A stretch of DNA of 64,000 nt from Adineta vaga (lineage: Eukaryota > Animalia > Rotifera). Shown one piece after another: positions 49,877-63,111 of this stretch. Where the stretch lies: NCBI GenBank assembly GCA_021613535.1, contig CP075494.1, forward strand, positions 62,001-126,000, in the 5' to 3' direction. The notes beneath the pieces are model-generated. The model made no database searches. It had not been told where the DNA came from and worked only from the letters and a program-made list of their open reading frames with translations. Within the stretch, counting starts at the first letter, position 1. Each line of letters begins with the position of its first letter. The position numbers were made by a program, and so were the translations under genes.

Positions 49877-50460
49877 CCGTCTGTTTGAATCAATATTCAA
49901 CCCATAAGTAGGGAGCATATAGTAGATAAAAATCCGAAAAGGGTTTCTGCCATTAGCTTATTATTACTAAGATGTAGCAATTTCATGGTATTGGGGTGAC
50001 TCATTTCTGAGATCCGTCTTAGAAACATAAGAAAAACTTACTTGCAAATTTCTAGCTCAAACTTTGTATCCAGTGAGATCTCAGTGCGAACAGTTTGTTG
50101 TGAAAATGTCAGACCCATGCACTTTTCTATCCACAGATTCGTTTATGATAACCTAATGCCACATGTATTGGCTTGCAGAGGCAAGTTTTGATATGCTTAT
50201 CTTTGATTAGGAGTATTTGCCAAAGGCAAAGTTCTTGCGACAAACTATTTTTATTGAGCTCTCACTGGATACAAAGTTTAAGCTAGAAATTTGCAAGTAA
50301 GTTTTTCTCATATTCTTGAGGGGATCATAGGAATGTGTCGTCCCAATACCTTGAAATTGCTGCATGTCATTAACAATAAGCTAATAACACAAACCCTTTA
50401 AGGATTTCTATCTACTATATAAGCCGTACTTATGGGTTGAATATCGACTCAAATGGACGG
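49877..50460. mobile_element. Tc1/pogo-type MITE with ~210-bp TIRs
   Basis: TA|CCGTC...GACGG|TA; diverged inverted arms. Confidence 0.85.
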
Positions 50461-51583
50461 TATCGCCTTTCATTTAACACCAAAATATTAAAGCTAGCTT
50501 ACATAGAATATATTAATAGCAGCATATAATATAAGCCTTTGTTATGTAATTATGGCAGATTAAGCAGCTGAATCAAACTTCATTCAATCTTCATCAACAC
50601 ACGAGTGTAATTTCAATGGATTACTTTATATTTAATGCTTTGATAGTTGTATTTTAACCAATTAGTAACAGAAGGTAGGTGCAAAATCTTTACCAAAATC
50701 TTATAAACACTGCTTTTATTCACCTTTTACAATGAAATTTCCAACAAAAATATATGACAGCTTCAAGTATGCTTTTTCTTCTTTTTTCTTTCCTTTCTGG
50801 TGTCCTTATTTCATAAAAAGATTATTAGTAATGTTTTATGACTCACTGGAGCATACAAAGAAAATATACTGTTATTTCCATTAGCTGTGACACAGTGGCG
50901 TAGCCAGGATTTTCAGAAGTATGGCCAAATTTCGCATATTTCGAGAAAGACACTGAGCAACCACGGGTAACGTTTTAATCGACAGGGCAATATTTTTTTA
51001 ATATAATAAAGGTTTAAGGAATAATAAAATACAACAATAGAAAGTGAAGCTCTTTTATTCGCTCGACTGTAAGGACGATCATATGGAAAAAATAGTTTGT
51101 TTGTAAATTTGTGTCAAAGTCAAAGGTCAAAAAAAAGACTTCTTACTAAAATCGTCTCCAACATGGAAAAATGGTAGGGGGATGGGGTGGGGTGAAGTCT
51201 GAGGGTGGGTGCGGGTGAGATGTCAAAAAAACGTTTTTTCTAAAACGTTCCGAAACATCGAAAACTAATAGTAGGATGGAGTGGATGTGAGGTTAAAAAA
51301 ACATCTGTGAAGTCTGGGGTGGAATCATTATGAGCGATAAGGAACCTGAGTAATGTGTGAAAACGTAGGTGGGTGTGAGTCTCTAGTATAGGGGATGAAA
51401 ATAGAATCTCCGATCACTGACTCTACAGTAGACGGAGTAGATGATCTAGTGATCTGACGTAGGAAAAGAATGAATCTCATGTCAAAAGTCCTACCTGATG
51501 TGAACTGTAATAATGAATAGGCTACTGTTTAAACGCTAAGTAAATTTATTGAAATTCTCAGTAAGAAACTCTATATTTTCTAA

Positions 51584-54094
51584 CAATGGAGGTGTGTGTA
51601 TTGTTGAGCGAAAACACTAGATATTTTTACATCAAAAGAAAGCTCTCATCGCCAATATAACAAGGTTAAAATATTAGCTGCCCTTGGCGACTCTAGAGGG
51701 AGATATTCAATTTTTACCATATTCACGATTCATGTATATATGAACATTAGGATCATTTATATCAATTTTCTATGCAATCAATTAAGTATTTCACCATTAG
51801 AATTTTTAGATCTCATTGAATTTCATTACTATAACAGTGAGATCATATTAGTTTTGATGTCTTTTCGAGCTTAAGTGATAGTCAATACCTTCAAATGGCC
51901 AATAGTCTCCATTTTATTTAAGTTGAAAATAATAGATTATATAATAGACAGTTTTTAGAAATTAACTAGAAGTGTAGATGTAAATCTTCAACCAGATTGT
52001 AGTAACAAAGGGATTTTTTACACCAAACGCACATTAATAATGTTCGCTCATTGCAGTTGTTAACTGAACAGAATAGATCATAAAATCTGAAGCAAACATC
52101 TTTTGGTTTTTCAATCTGTCCAATTGTTTCATTTGTTATTCCAGCTTGTACGAATCCATTTTTAATAAGATTTGTAAATGCTGGAGCTGATAATTGATTA
52201 TGAATAATAGAATGAACGTTGATGAAATATTGCCGATCGCTTATAGTCATTTCTGTTCGATTGATATGAGTATAATGCTCGATTTTTTTATGAATAAATC
52301 GCCATGAACGAAATAAAGAAAGATCTTGTGGTTGAATATAGCCTGTTGATCCTTCGGGAAAAATTAATAACTGACTGTTTTGATTAGGAAACACTGCTCT
52401 AAATTTAGTTAGATCAGCTTGCGTTTTCCAACAATCAAGGAAAAGAAGAAATTTTTTACCTACCAAAGGACGTAAAACTTCAGTTAGAAAAGCGTGATGT
52501 TGTTCACCACCGCTTTTTCCAGATTTAGAAGCTTTTACTACAACATTTGGTGGTATAATTAATTTTTTTTCTACTCTTTGACCAAACTGATTTTCTTTTT
52601 CTTGAAGGATAAGTAAGAATTTTTCCAATAAATGCCCATTAGCTGATGTAACTGGTTGAACTGTGTAAGAATGAGTTGTATTATATTTCTTTTTAACGGC
52701 TACTTCTGTTGTTCTTTCACCAGTAAAAGATAGGGTTCTTGGAGATACATATTCTTGTTGAAACGAACAATGATCGCTGTTTAAGATTTCGTTCGTAGAA
52801 TACTTTGATATTAAAGATCTTTGACTTCCGATCCAATTATGAGCATCTGAAATGTATATTACATTTAAACACACGTACTTAAAGATGTAATAGATGTTCA
52901 TATACCGTCTAAACTGCACGTTTTTTTGTTTGGTTTAGTTCGAGTAATTATTTTGTTATACCGTCTTGATGATATTCTGTTTTCTGTTTTAAAATCATTT
53001 ATAAATGATTTACTTGCCTTGAACGTACTCCAATCTAATTCTCTTGCTATTTGAACTGCAAAAAGTTCCAGATCAGTATTATGAACGGCTTCTTTTTCAA
53101 TTGTTCTTTTCACATAAAATTCATTAAACATAAATTCTTTAATTTGCTTTAATTTTTCTAATCTCGTGCCGTTGTTTTTGATGTATTGTCTGAACCTTGG
53201 AATATAATGCATGTATTTGACTTTTCTAAATCGATGGGAAATAGTTGCGAATCCAGCATTCGGATGTTGGTCAACCCATTCGACTATCTTTTCCATTTCT
53301 TCTAACGTAAAACAACTTTTTAAGTCAGAATGTTCATTCTCATTGTAATCATCACTTCCATCGCCGTCTTCTTCTTCATCAGTCATTCCGTCAAATTCAT
53401 CTTCAAATTCGAGAGTCTCGTAAGAATACAACTCATTGAAGTAGCTGTCTTGGAACGACTTCAGAATTTCGAACAGTCGTTCGGCAGCAAAGATTTCATC
53501 GGCAGTTGCTGCAGATTTTTCAGATGTGTATTCAGTTTCAGCCAAATGAAGAAGTTGTTTAGCGATGTTTAATAAATTCATTTTTTAATCTGAAGAAATA
53601 AACTATTCAATTCAATAGATCCAACAGAAAACAAAATAGAATAACTTTTCAATATTACATTTCTTGGTGATTTCTTGACACCAATTGTAAATAAATGGTC
53701 AATAGATCACCAAGTGATGCATCAATGTACTTCAAGTTCGCATATTATACGCATAAGTCACTTTTCACAGAATCAGATGTCTTTCTCTTCATTTCAGTAC
53801 TACTTAAGCTCGAAAAGACATCAAAACTAATATGATCTCACTGTTATAGTAATGAAATTCAATGAGATCTAAAAATTCTAATGGTGAAATACTTAATTGA
53901 TTGCATAGAAAATTGATATAAATGATCCTAATGTTCATATATACATGAATCGTGAATATGGTAAAAATTGAATATCTCCCTCTAGAGTCGCCAAGGGCAG
54001 CTAATATTTTAACCTTGTTATATTGGCGATGAGAGCTTTCTTTTGATGTAAAAATATCTAGTGTTTTCGCTCAACAATACACACACCTCCATTG
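51584..54094 (-). mobile_element. Tc4/Tc5-like (pogo-related) DNA transposon, apparently intact
   Basis: 293-bp TIRs (51584-51876, 53802-54094) starting CAATGGAGG; TAA TSD in a CTAAG target. Confidence 0.9.
51966..53581 (-). CDS. Tc5-like DDE transposase, ~518 aa, intron 52847-52905
   Basis: CENP-B-like HTH (FKASKSFINDFK); NSDH, FLDCW and IQPQD catalytic regions; C-terminal Cys cluster; splice is in frame. Confidence 0.85.
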
Positions 54095-54098
54095 TAAG

Positions 54099-54637
54099 TC
54101 CAACCGATTGGGAATATAATGGAACAGTCACTCAAGCATATTATAATAATACGTACTCTGGTCAAACATCGACAAGTCCTGGACCAAAGTGAGAAAAAAC
54201 TTTTGAGATTTATTTAACTTTATGTTTTCTATTTTCATAGTGATCGTGGTCAATGTCATTTCTATGCCCAAATTAGTTCCATAACAACAATGTGGCAGAA
54301 AAGAAACTTCACAAGTTTTTTTCATTCTTTAATTGATAATCAAACAGTTTGGTTCAATTTTTCAGCATGGATTGGTGGCAGAGGCGAAAATGATGATAAT
54401 AGTCAAGCATCAGTGATGTTTTTCGATAAATTTAATCAAATGACTGGAAATATTAGTACTATTGGACCAGTATTAGCTTCAGATCGTAGTAACATAACTT
54501 CACTTATTTTTCGACAAAAGGGTGGCCGTGTACCAAATGGTACTCGTTCTTTTCAAATTTTCGTTAAGTTTACTCGCACCGGTGGCACATATAATAATGG
54601 TGCTATTGATAATATTTCTTTTATTCTATATCAATAA
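54099..54637 (+). pseudogene. 3' exons of a gene with a galactose-binding-like beta-sandwich domain; 5' part not seen
   Basis: PTDWEYNG...(intron)...FSAWIGG..DD..IGPVLASDR..VPNGTRS..DNISF. Confidence 0.55.
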
Positions 54638-55857
54638 TAATTAAAAATCATATTAATCAAAAGCTTTTTTTCAAAAATAAATTCATTTTGTCAAAATAAT
54701 TTTAATTTCATTGTGATAACATTTAGTAGAAATATTCTTGTAAAGAAAATATTGATTCTTAGAATCATATATTTTCTTCATCGTGAGTTTACTTACTGGC
54801 GCATAACTTGACAAATACGTTACACAAGTAAGATCTGTTTCTTTCAAGAATAAGCGAGATTTATATTTTGATTTTGATTTCCTTGAGGAATTTGTATCTT
54901 TCAGACGATCAGCGTACCAATAGTGGCTTTTATCCAGAAAAAATAAAATGCTGAAATATTTTCAAAAGTCTCATTTTATCGTATATTCATAACAAATTTG
55001 ATCAATTAAATTTGATCATTAAAACAGAAATACAAAACATCAGTAACAGTAACAAACTGAAAGGTCAATTAATTTAACTCGAATTTTAGATTTATTGGAA
55101 TCGCTTGAAAAGAAATTTATGAACAGAAAAGATTGATGAAGTCTTCAGACAATTTATACTTGTTTTCAATGAATCCATCCAAAATTACTCGACTTCGAAT
55201 TTCGATTTACTAGTTTTTCTTCTGTGAAATATTTGTTGTTCTTGAAATTCATTTTTTTTCAATTAAACATAGCAAACAAAAATTACAAATTGAGTACAAG
55301 AAATTTGTCAAAAGATTGGTAAAAGAAAAGGGATCTAAACTCAAAATTTATCCTGAACAATTAATAAGATCAAAGAAACTCAAAGATCAGAAAATTTCTT
55401 CTTAAATTATTTTCTTGACTGAAAAGAGGTTGATAGATAAATAAATGAAAATACGTTTATCCGTATGTATGTCTGTCGGAAGTCATATACTAGGACGATT
55501 ATTTTGGTATTGTTTTCAAATAGCCTACACATCATTTTTTATTTGGTTATGCACGATATTGAGCTACGACGTGGAATTGTCTTCACACGTGCGTGGCGAA
55601 AAGCATGACCTATTTGAGTTCATGCTTGGAAATTTTTTGTTAGAACATATTAGAATGTTATTTATTCTCTGGAATAACAGAGAAAGCTTTTTACGAAGAG
55701 AAAAGTTTCTCTGTTTTGAATCTCTGTATCCATGTTACAAGTCAAATGGTAGTGATAAAACTGTAGAAATGCTGTATAAACTACCTCGACGATATGTATG
55801 CTGTAGAAAACCAAATATAGAAAACCTAAAATTAACAAATATATTTTTTTCAATCGA

Positions 55858-56907
55858 TTAAATTTTTAAATAAATTGTACATTTTCTCGCATCTTTGTTA
55901 TACTCAACTTTATCAATAGTAAAGTTAATGCCAGCTGGAAGTAAAACTTCGGCTTCCTTTTGGATTGCTGATAAAGATGATATATCCAAACCAAATGATT
56001 CTGTAAATGGACGATCAACAATATCAATAATAAACACCGTACATACTTCATCGGAAGCTAATGAATCTGTAAATGTATCTGTTACGTCTGGATTTTTTGT
56101 CGTCGAAGAAAAAGCTGACCAACAACGTGTCTGTCCAATAGCTGTTTTACATTGTTCGATATGTTGTATTTTACATTTACCACCACGATAAACACGTTGT
56201 TGAGTTTGTTTATTTGTTTCACGACAATTCCAAAGAGAATTTTGAAGAAGAAAACAATAAGGACCAAGTGTTCTTAATTTTGAATGATCTTCACTTCGTA
56301 ATACATAATTCAAAATACGATAAAGAAAACATTCAACTGTATAAATATAAATACAGTATTTACCAATATGAGATAAACTTTTATTCTTTATTTCGCGTAA
56401 TTTCTTAGCAAATTCTTCACCTTTCTTTCTATCGTTTTGTTTTTCACACAATTTACTTTCTTCTTCTATACCATTAGCTGCCAATTCAAGAATTTTTTAT
56501 GCATTTTCTTCTGTTAACATATAACAAGAATGATTATATTGATTAGCCCATTCAAAAATAAATTTCGAGAAACCATTTCCTTCTATGAATGTTTTCGAAG
56601 GTAATTCAATCGGATTGAAACGCTGTTCACGTAATCCAAATGATTCTGCTGATTCGACAGTTTGACGACGAATGGGTCGTTGACGATTTTTATCCGTTAT
56701 ATGTTGTTGTACTTTATGCTTGAAATCGATCTTATAATTATTTCCTATCATAACTTCATTTTTATTTTGTTGATAAGCTTCTTCAATTATTTCATTTTTA
56801 TCATCAGAAGAAGGTGACCATTCTTCTAGTTCATTTTTAGACCAAGGATTTGGATTGGATTTCCAATGCCAAGAAATTCTAGATATTTCTTCAGTAGCGG
56901 CTGCCAT
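55858..56907 (-). pseudogene. WWE plus R-S-E ADP-ribosyltransferase with one in-frame TAA (56497-56499)
   Basis: WHW...W...IEEAY..IDF..Q...RPIRR; VYRG, FSSTT, EAEVL. Confidence 0.85.
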
Positions 56908-57743
56908 CTTTTCAATTGTTAACACTGTTTCCACCGTTTCTAAAATATAGAAAAATAATACAGTTTCGATTCTCTCAAACTCAATTTTCTAGTGAGACTG
57001 GAATCGATCTACTGACTGGCTTCTTACCAGTCTCTCGGGGCTGCACCAGATACCTATTTTTTCCCCGAACTCGATCCAAATCCCGGCGGAACCCGGATAA
57101 AAAACCTGCATCTACCGGGCCCTACTTTTCACTTTGTTGTCGTGTATCTCCCGGAAGGATGAAGCCATTTTGTTACTTCTATTCAGTGGTTAGCATCTTT
57201 TTATATGTAAAATTCAATATCTACATTTTTCTTTAATTTTTCAGTCAATTTTCATTTTAACTTTCACTCAAGGTACTCTGATTTCTTAATATTTTTATTC
57301 AAAGTAGAACTCTCTGTGCTTCTTGCTAATCGCGATTTCATGAAACTCAGATGTAAATAAAAGTAAAAAAATATATTAACTTCTGTGAATAAGAAACGTT
57401 TACATAAGTAAAAAGTATAGAAGAGCGCCAGTAAGTTTTTTTACTTTTCTCATCGTGGGAAGAAGAGTAACAAAAAGCACTTTTTTACGCAACGAAAAAT
57501 AATTTTCAACCATAATTCTTTTGTCTACAAAAAAACTCTTTTTATTGCAAACATCTCACAAATGGAGATTTTATTTTATCTTTACTTTATAAATAAAAGT
57601 AAAGAGTCACTATATCTTTATTTCTTTATCTTTATTCTTTGCAAAATATAGATAAACATTCTGTTACTTTATTGTTTATTATAAGGAAAAATAAAGTAAC
57701 ACATCTACTCACAAACATTTTCTCTATTTTAATACAAAAAACG

Positions 57744-58731
57744 ATGGCATCTAGTTATGATGGAACGAGACAAAATATTGTTTGGTATTGGCAGTCTAAT
57801 ACAAATCCTTTTTCTACAACTGAAGAAAAGAATTGGACAAAATACGCTCCGAGTGAAAATGAATGTATTGAAGAAGCTTATACAGAGAATTCGAACAAAG
57901 TGGATATTAATCAAAACTACTTTATTGATTTTAAGAAAATGTTACAAATCAGTAAATATGATCCGAATAAACAAAGACCAGTCAAGAGAGAAAAGGAAGA
58001 TATTCAGCAACAGGTAACTATTCCTTCTTCAACAAGTGCTTCAGTGGCGCCTGGTGAAAAACTTAAGTTTGTTGACAAATGGATTAAACAAAATAATATT
58101 AGTTCGCATTATTTTAATGAGCAAAATGTTGAAGAAATCATTCTGCTAGCAGCGAAAGGTATTGAAACCGAAGGTAGATTACTGGGAAAAGAAGATGAAG
58201 GTATTAATTTAGCAGACAAATTACGAAAATTAAAAAGTTACAGTTTACTGGAAGTGAGTAAAACATGTGTTTATATTTCTACTCTGGAGACTTATCTATA
58301 TAAAATTGTAAATAAATGTTTAAGAGAAGATGATATGAATAAAATCAACACGTTAGGTCCATTTTGTTTTCTATTGGTTAATGCTTTATGGATGTTACGT
58401 CGTAATGAAAATATCACTCTGTACAGAGGGGTAAATCTAAACGAAGAATTATTGATCGATCACAAGGCTGCTATAGGAAAAGGATTTAGTTGGAAAGCTT
58501 TTACGGCAACAACACGTAACCGACAGATTGCTGAACGTTTTACAAACACATTATTTATTATATCAGTTGTACAAATGCCTTTTAAACCAGCATATTGGAC
58601 TCCTGTATCAGAATACTCGGAATACCCCAGCCGAAGAGGAGGTACTTTTACCAGCTGCAGTTACTTACATAATCAATGATATCAAATATGATGATGCAAC
58701 AAAAAAACATTTCATTTATATTACCATTTAA
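57744..58731 (+). CDS. WWE plus R-S-E ADP-ribosyltransferase; +1 frameshift at ~58627
   Basis: WWE motif; LYRG, FTATT, and EEEVLLP in the shifted frame. Confidence 0.85.
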
Positions 58732-59519
58732 ACGTACAAATTCATCTCGCTTTTGATTGTTCTTATTCTTTTCTTTTCTTTCGAAATAAAAACAAGTGTT
58801 CGAGTTTTTTGTGATACATAATAAGAATAAGATATGATTGGTAATACACGTTCATACAAAGAATTCCATTGTTCTTTTACAGAAAAGTCAGTTTTGAAAT
58901 AAAACAATTAAAATAGATAAAGCCTGTTCAAAAGTGATGTTGAGAAGTGTGAAATAATAAATCATTCACATTCATAGTATATTGAAAAGAGATTGATAAT
59001 GAATTCTATTTAACAATGTATTATAGGTAGTGGATGAGTGGAATTTATCATCACTCAATTTCGAAATAGAATCAAATAAATAAATCGTACGACTATCGTT
59101 TATTATCATGATATATTTGGAAATGTTAATCCATTCGAGCTGATTCGAAAGCAAAATTTTAGATCTTTACTTAAGTTTTCATTTTTATTTAGAATGCATA
59201 TTTTTTCTTCGTTTCTGTGTGAATATCTTCTTTTAAAAATGCAAAAAGTAATACAAAGAGCTCTTCAACGACTAAAACAAATCGATGTGGGTGAATAGAA
59301 AGATGTGCATGTGAGTGAGAGTAAGTGTGAGTATGAAGAGAAGAGAAATACCTACATTCATATCCACATTCTCACACACCCTCCAAATAAGATCAAATAA
59401 GCATAGTGAATTATTCTTTTATTCTTTATTTCTGTAATTTCGTTATAAATTTTATACTATTATTGATTTATTCTTGTTTTACAAAAATCCTTTTGTTGAA
59501 TATAATAAAAATGAATTAT

Positions 59520-59780
59520 AAATATTCATTTTTAAAATCCGTTTATAAACGATTAAATTATCATTCATTTTAGGGATATTGTTTACTTTCAATATACTAA
59601 AACAATTGAGTAATACTTCATCTGCATATTTGAATTGTGATTCTGTAGAAATATTTATTGGTTTATTAGCTTGTGTACAATCAGCAGAAATCTCTAACAA
59701 AACATCTTTCTCCCCAATTAATGATTTCGCTTTTTTCTCATCCACACCCGATGAGAAGGTGAAATTTAAATCTCACATAT
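59520..59780 (-). pseudogene. ART C-terminal relic
   Basis: VLLEISAD...INISTESQFKYADEVLL...ILKV. Confidence 0.55.
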
Positions 59781-60254
59781 GACAAATTAAAATTCTGTCA
59801 TTTTTCTACAAATTCTATGTAAAAAATTCAAGGTTTAAATTTCTTCTGTAACATATATACATATAAAAACATCCACTTCTCCCCTTATACTCTCACTAGA
59901 TTGAATAGCATTCAATTCAATATTTTTTATTGAAAAAAGGATTAGAAAAACTGCCGATATTCTCTCATTGAAACAAAATCAATTTTTCAATTATCAAAGG
60001 ATTATATATCTTACATTGCAATTTTTGAAACATCACTGCATATGATGACTATATATAACAAAGAATGACAATGTCATTTTCTCATTCAAATTTGTCCTAC
60101 AATGATGATAAGAATAACAATAAATTGTTTCTTTTTGGTAATTTTAAAGTAATTTCTTTTTCAAAATTCTTCTAATTAACTAAATTCTCTTTTAGTTTCA
60201 TAGGTTTGTTTACTATTTCATGTTTATCTGTATAGTATAATTGTATTTAAATAG

Positions 60255-61582
60255 TTCAAGTCAACTCTCAAACATGTAACAGCACAATTCCATATAGTCG
60301 ATGTTCAATTAATAGTGCTTGTGGATGTTTTCCTATGATAGGTACTAATAATATTGGTGTTTGTGGTTTTCTCTGGAAAACATGTTCTCAACTCGTACCA
60401 TGCGGATTATCACACGAATGTTCTGATCCAGATCATATCTGTCTTCATCATTCTCGATGTAGTAATGATCCTCTCTGTTATCCAGTATCGATGATCCATG
60501 AAAACATTTGTCCAACAATATCAACTGGTAAGTTAAAAATTGTTTAATCTAAATCATTTGTATTGATGCAAATAGTGACGAATACGACGAATACGACTAC
60601 CATACCAATGGAAGTGACAACGACAAGTGAGTTTTATCATAATGTTTTTCAATGCAAAAAGTTTCTTCTCGGTTCGTTTTTAGAAATAAAATGGAACAAA
60701 TGGAAACAAGAGGGAAACACTGTGGCTGGAGGAAATGGAACAGGAAATGAATTAAATCAACTTCATAACCCTATAGGAATTGTTGTTGATAAAGATAAGA
60801 ATATTTTTATTGCTGATAATGTAAATCATCGTATTATGAAATGGAAATCAAATGAAACTGAAGGAACAATTGTTGCTGGTGGAAATGGACGAGGTGATAG
60901 ACTGAATCAATTGAATGGACCATTAAATGTGGTTGTTGATGAACAAAATAATTCATTGATTATTAGTGATCAGGACAACAGACGTGTAATTCGATGGTTT
61001 AATGAAAATCAACAAGAAATTCTTATTGAAAATATCGATTGTAATGGTTTAGCAATTGATAAATATGGATTTGTTTATGTTTCTGATCCTAAGAATAGTC
61101 AAGTAAAAAGATGGAAAATTGGAGAAAAAGGTGCAGGAACAATAGTGGCTGGAGGAAATGGGAAAGGATATCGACTCAATCAATTCAGTTATCCTACTTT
61201 TCTTTTCGTTGATGATGAACAATCAATTTATGTTTCTGATTGGAGTAATTATCGTGTAATGAAATGGAGAAAAGATGCAAAAGAAGGTGTGATTGTTGCT
61301 GGAGGAAATGAAAAAGGAAATAATCTTGATCAATTGAATTATCCTCAAGGTTTGTTTGTTGATGATTATGGTCAAATCTATGTAGTAGATTATATGAATC
61401 ATCGAATTATGCGTTGGAAAGAAGGTGTAAAAGAAGGTGAAATCATTGTTGGTGGAAATGGTGAAGGACAAGGAGATAATCAAGTGTCGTTTCCCATTGG
61501 TTTATCATTTGATTTGGAAGGAAATCTTTATGTTAGTGATCGTGCAAATCATCGAATCCAAAAATTCGATTTAATTTTTTAA
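60255..61582 (+). CDS. NHL-repeat beta-propeller protein with Cys-rich N-terminal domain; spliced, leader exon probably upstream
   Basis: Repeated VAGGNG.G..LNQL..P.G..VD....YV.D..NHRI units; CGC..C..C..H.RC...CYP exon. Confidence 0.85.
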
Positions 61583-62279
61583 TGAAAATTCAATCAAAGA
61601 AAAGAAAAAACAAATAAAGTTTTGAGAATTAGATTCGAATTCTGAAGGATTGCTTGATCTTTTTATTAACATATTACCGTGTTAAGAATATCACGTGGTA
61701 TAATATATCGATAACTTGCTTCAACTTGTGTTGATATAATCATCATTATGATAAAAATTACGTTGGATAATAAATAATTCATTTGAAGATATCTGTATGA
61801 ATATTATAATAGACAGACTCATTTTTCTCTTCGTGATATATACGAACACGCGAAAAAGACAACTTAATCTTCCATATAAGTATAAGTCAAGCAAATGTTC
61901 ATTTTTCTGTGTATAAAACGATGGACAAAGAAAGGTTTGATTAAACATATGTATATACATCGAGTCTAATTTTATTTATAATGAGTTGAGAGAAAGAGAA
62001 AAGAAGAAGATAAATATACCTTTGTGTATAATTGTGAATGTTCGTTACATCCATATTGTCTTGTTGTACTACTATACCATAGAGGTTCCTCAAAACGTAC
62101 TTTTATTTGATGGAAAAAAGAAAATATTTTCTTTAAATCATCCCTATGTTGCATATGTTGATAGCAATAGGGTGATGTTGTAATTATAAATGTACATTTC
62201 ATAATTAATTTCTATTACAATCTATATACTTTAATTGTCATTATACTTTTGTTTGTGTAATATACATAGGTGTATTTAA

Positions 62280-62705
62280 GGAATCCCCATCTTGAGGGTG
62301 TGCGAGTATAGGCTTATTGAGACCCGTTCGACTTCTGGGAATTCTGAATCCCTGAGGAGTCCTTGAAGAATCCTTGAATCCTACATTATATATATTTCTT
62401 CTGGTCACGCCATACAGAATCCAGGCAATCACTGGAATCCAAAGGAATCCTCGAAAATTCAGGATTTCATGTTCCGTGTTTCTACCGTTGTAGCATCCAT
62501 ATCCTTAATGATCTGTTATCTCTCACAGCATACCTCGCAGCACCCACACCCACAGCAGGTTCTCATCCGTCTATACTGAAAAGATTCCGTGACTTCTTTA
62601 GATTCTTTGGATTTCGTGGATTCTGTATAGTATTTTCCAAACGAATATATGTTTAAGGATTCAAGGATTCAGAATTCGTAGAATTCAGCCACTACTGGGC
62701 TTACT
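62280..62705. mobile_element. Fold-back element with GAATCC/GGATTC repeats, right arm ending at telomeric repeats
   Basis: gaattctgaatcc...tacagaatcca vs tggattctgta...ggattcagaattc. Confidence 0.6.
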
Positions 62706-62732
62706 GAGGGTGTGGGTGAGGGTGTGGGTGTG
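62705..62732. repeat. Telomeric repeats TGAGGG/TGTGGG at the Terminon 3' junction
   Basis: tgagggtgtgggtgagggtgtgggtgtg. Confidence 0.9.
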
Positions 62733-62913
62733 TTTAATGTAATTAAACTACCACAATCTAGATTTCGATTCCTATTTAACAGAATCGTTCATCAGGTGGT
62801 AAAGAAGTTCTGCAATATCAGTAAACTGAAGAAAATTTTTTGAAATTCTTAAAATTCCGAAGAAATCTTCAAAGAATCTACTAGAAATAGAATTTCTAAA
62901 GGAAAATGAAGCT

Positions 62914-62957
62914 CTCAAGACACGTTTCGTCCTTGCTTAAGGGACTCATCAGTTGAG
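62914..62957 (-). ncRNA. Type I hammerhead ribozyme
   Basis: Minus strand ctcaa-CTGATGA-gtcc...ggac-GAAA-cgtg-TC-ttgag. Confidence 0.92.
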
Positions 62958-63111
62958 TTTCATCTTCAACTACATAGAGTTAGTATAAACTAACTAGTCG
63001 TAGTTAATCATTTATCCAAAAGAAATAGAATTTCTAAAGGAAAATGAATTATTGTAGTATCTATGTTAGTGATATCTAAATAGGAAATTGTTTGTATATG
63101 AGTAAAATGAT

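Noticed and set aside
50893-51390. hAT-like end CAGTGGCGTAGCCAGG followed by G-rich patches
   Set aside because: No second TIR and no opposing C-rich tract, so not counted as an element or scar
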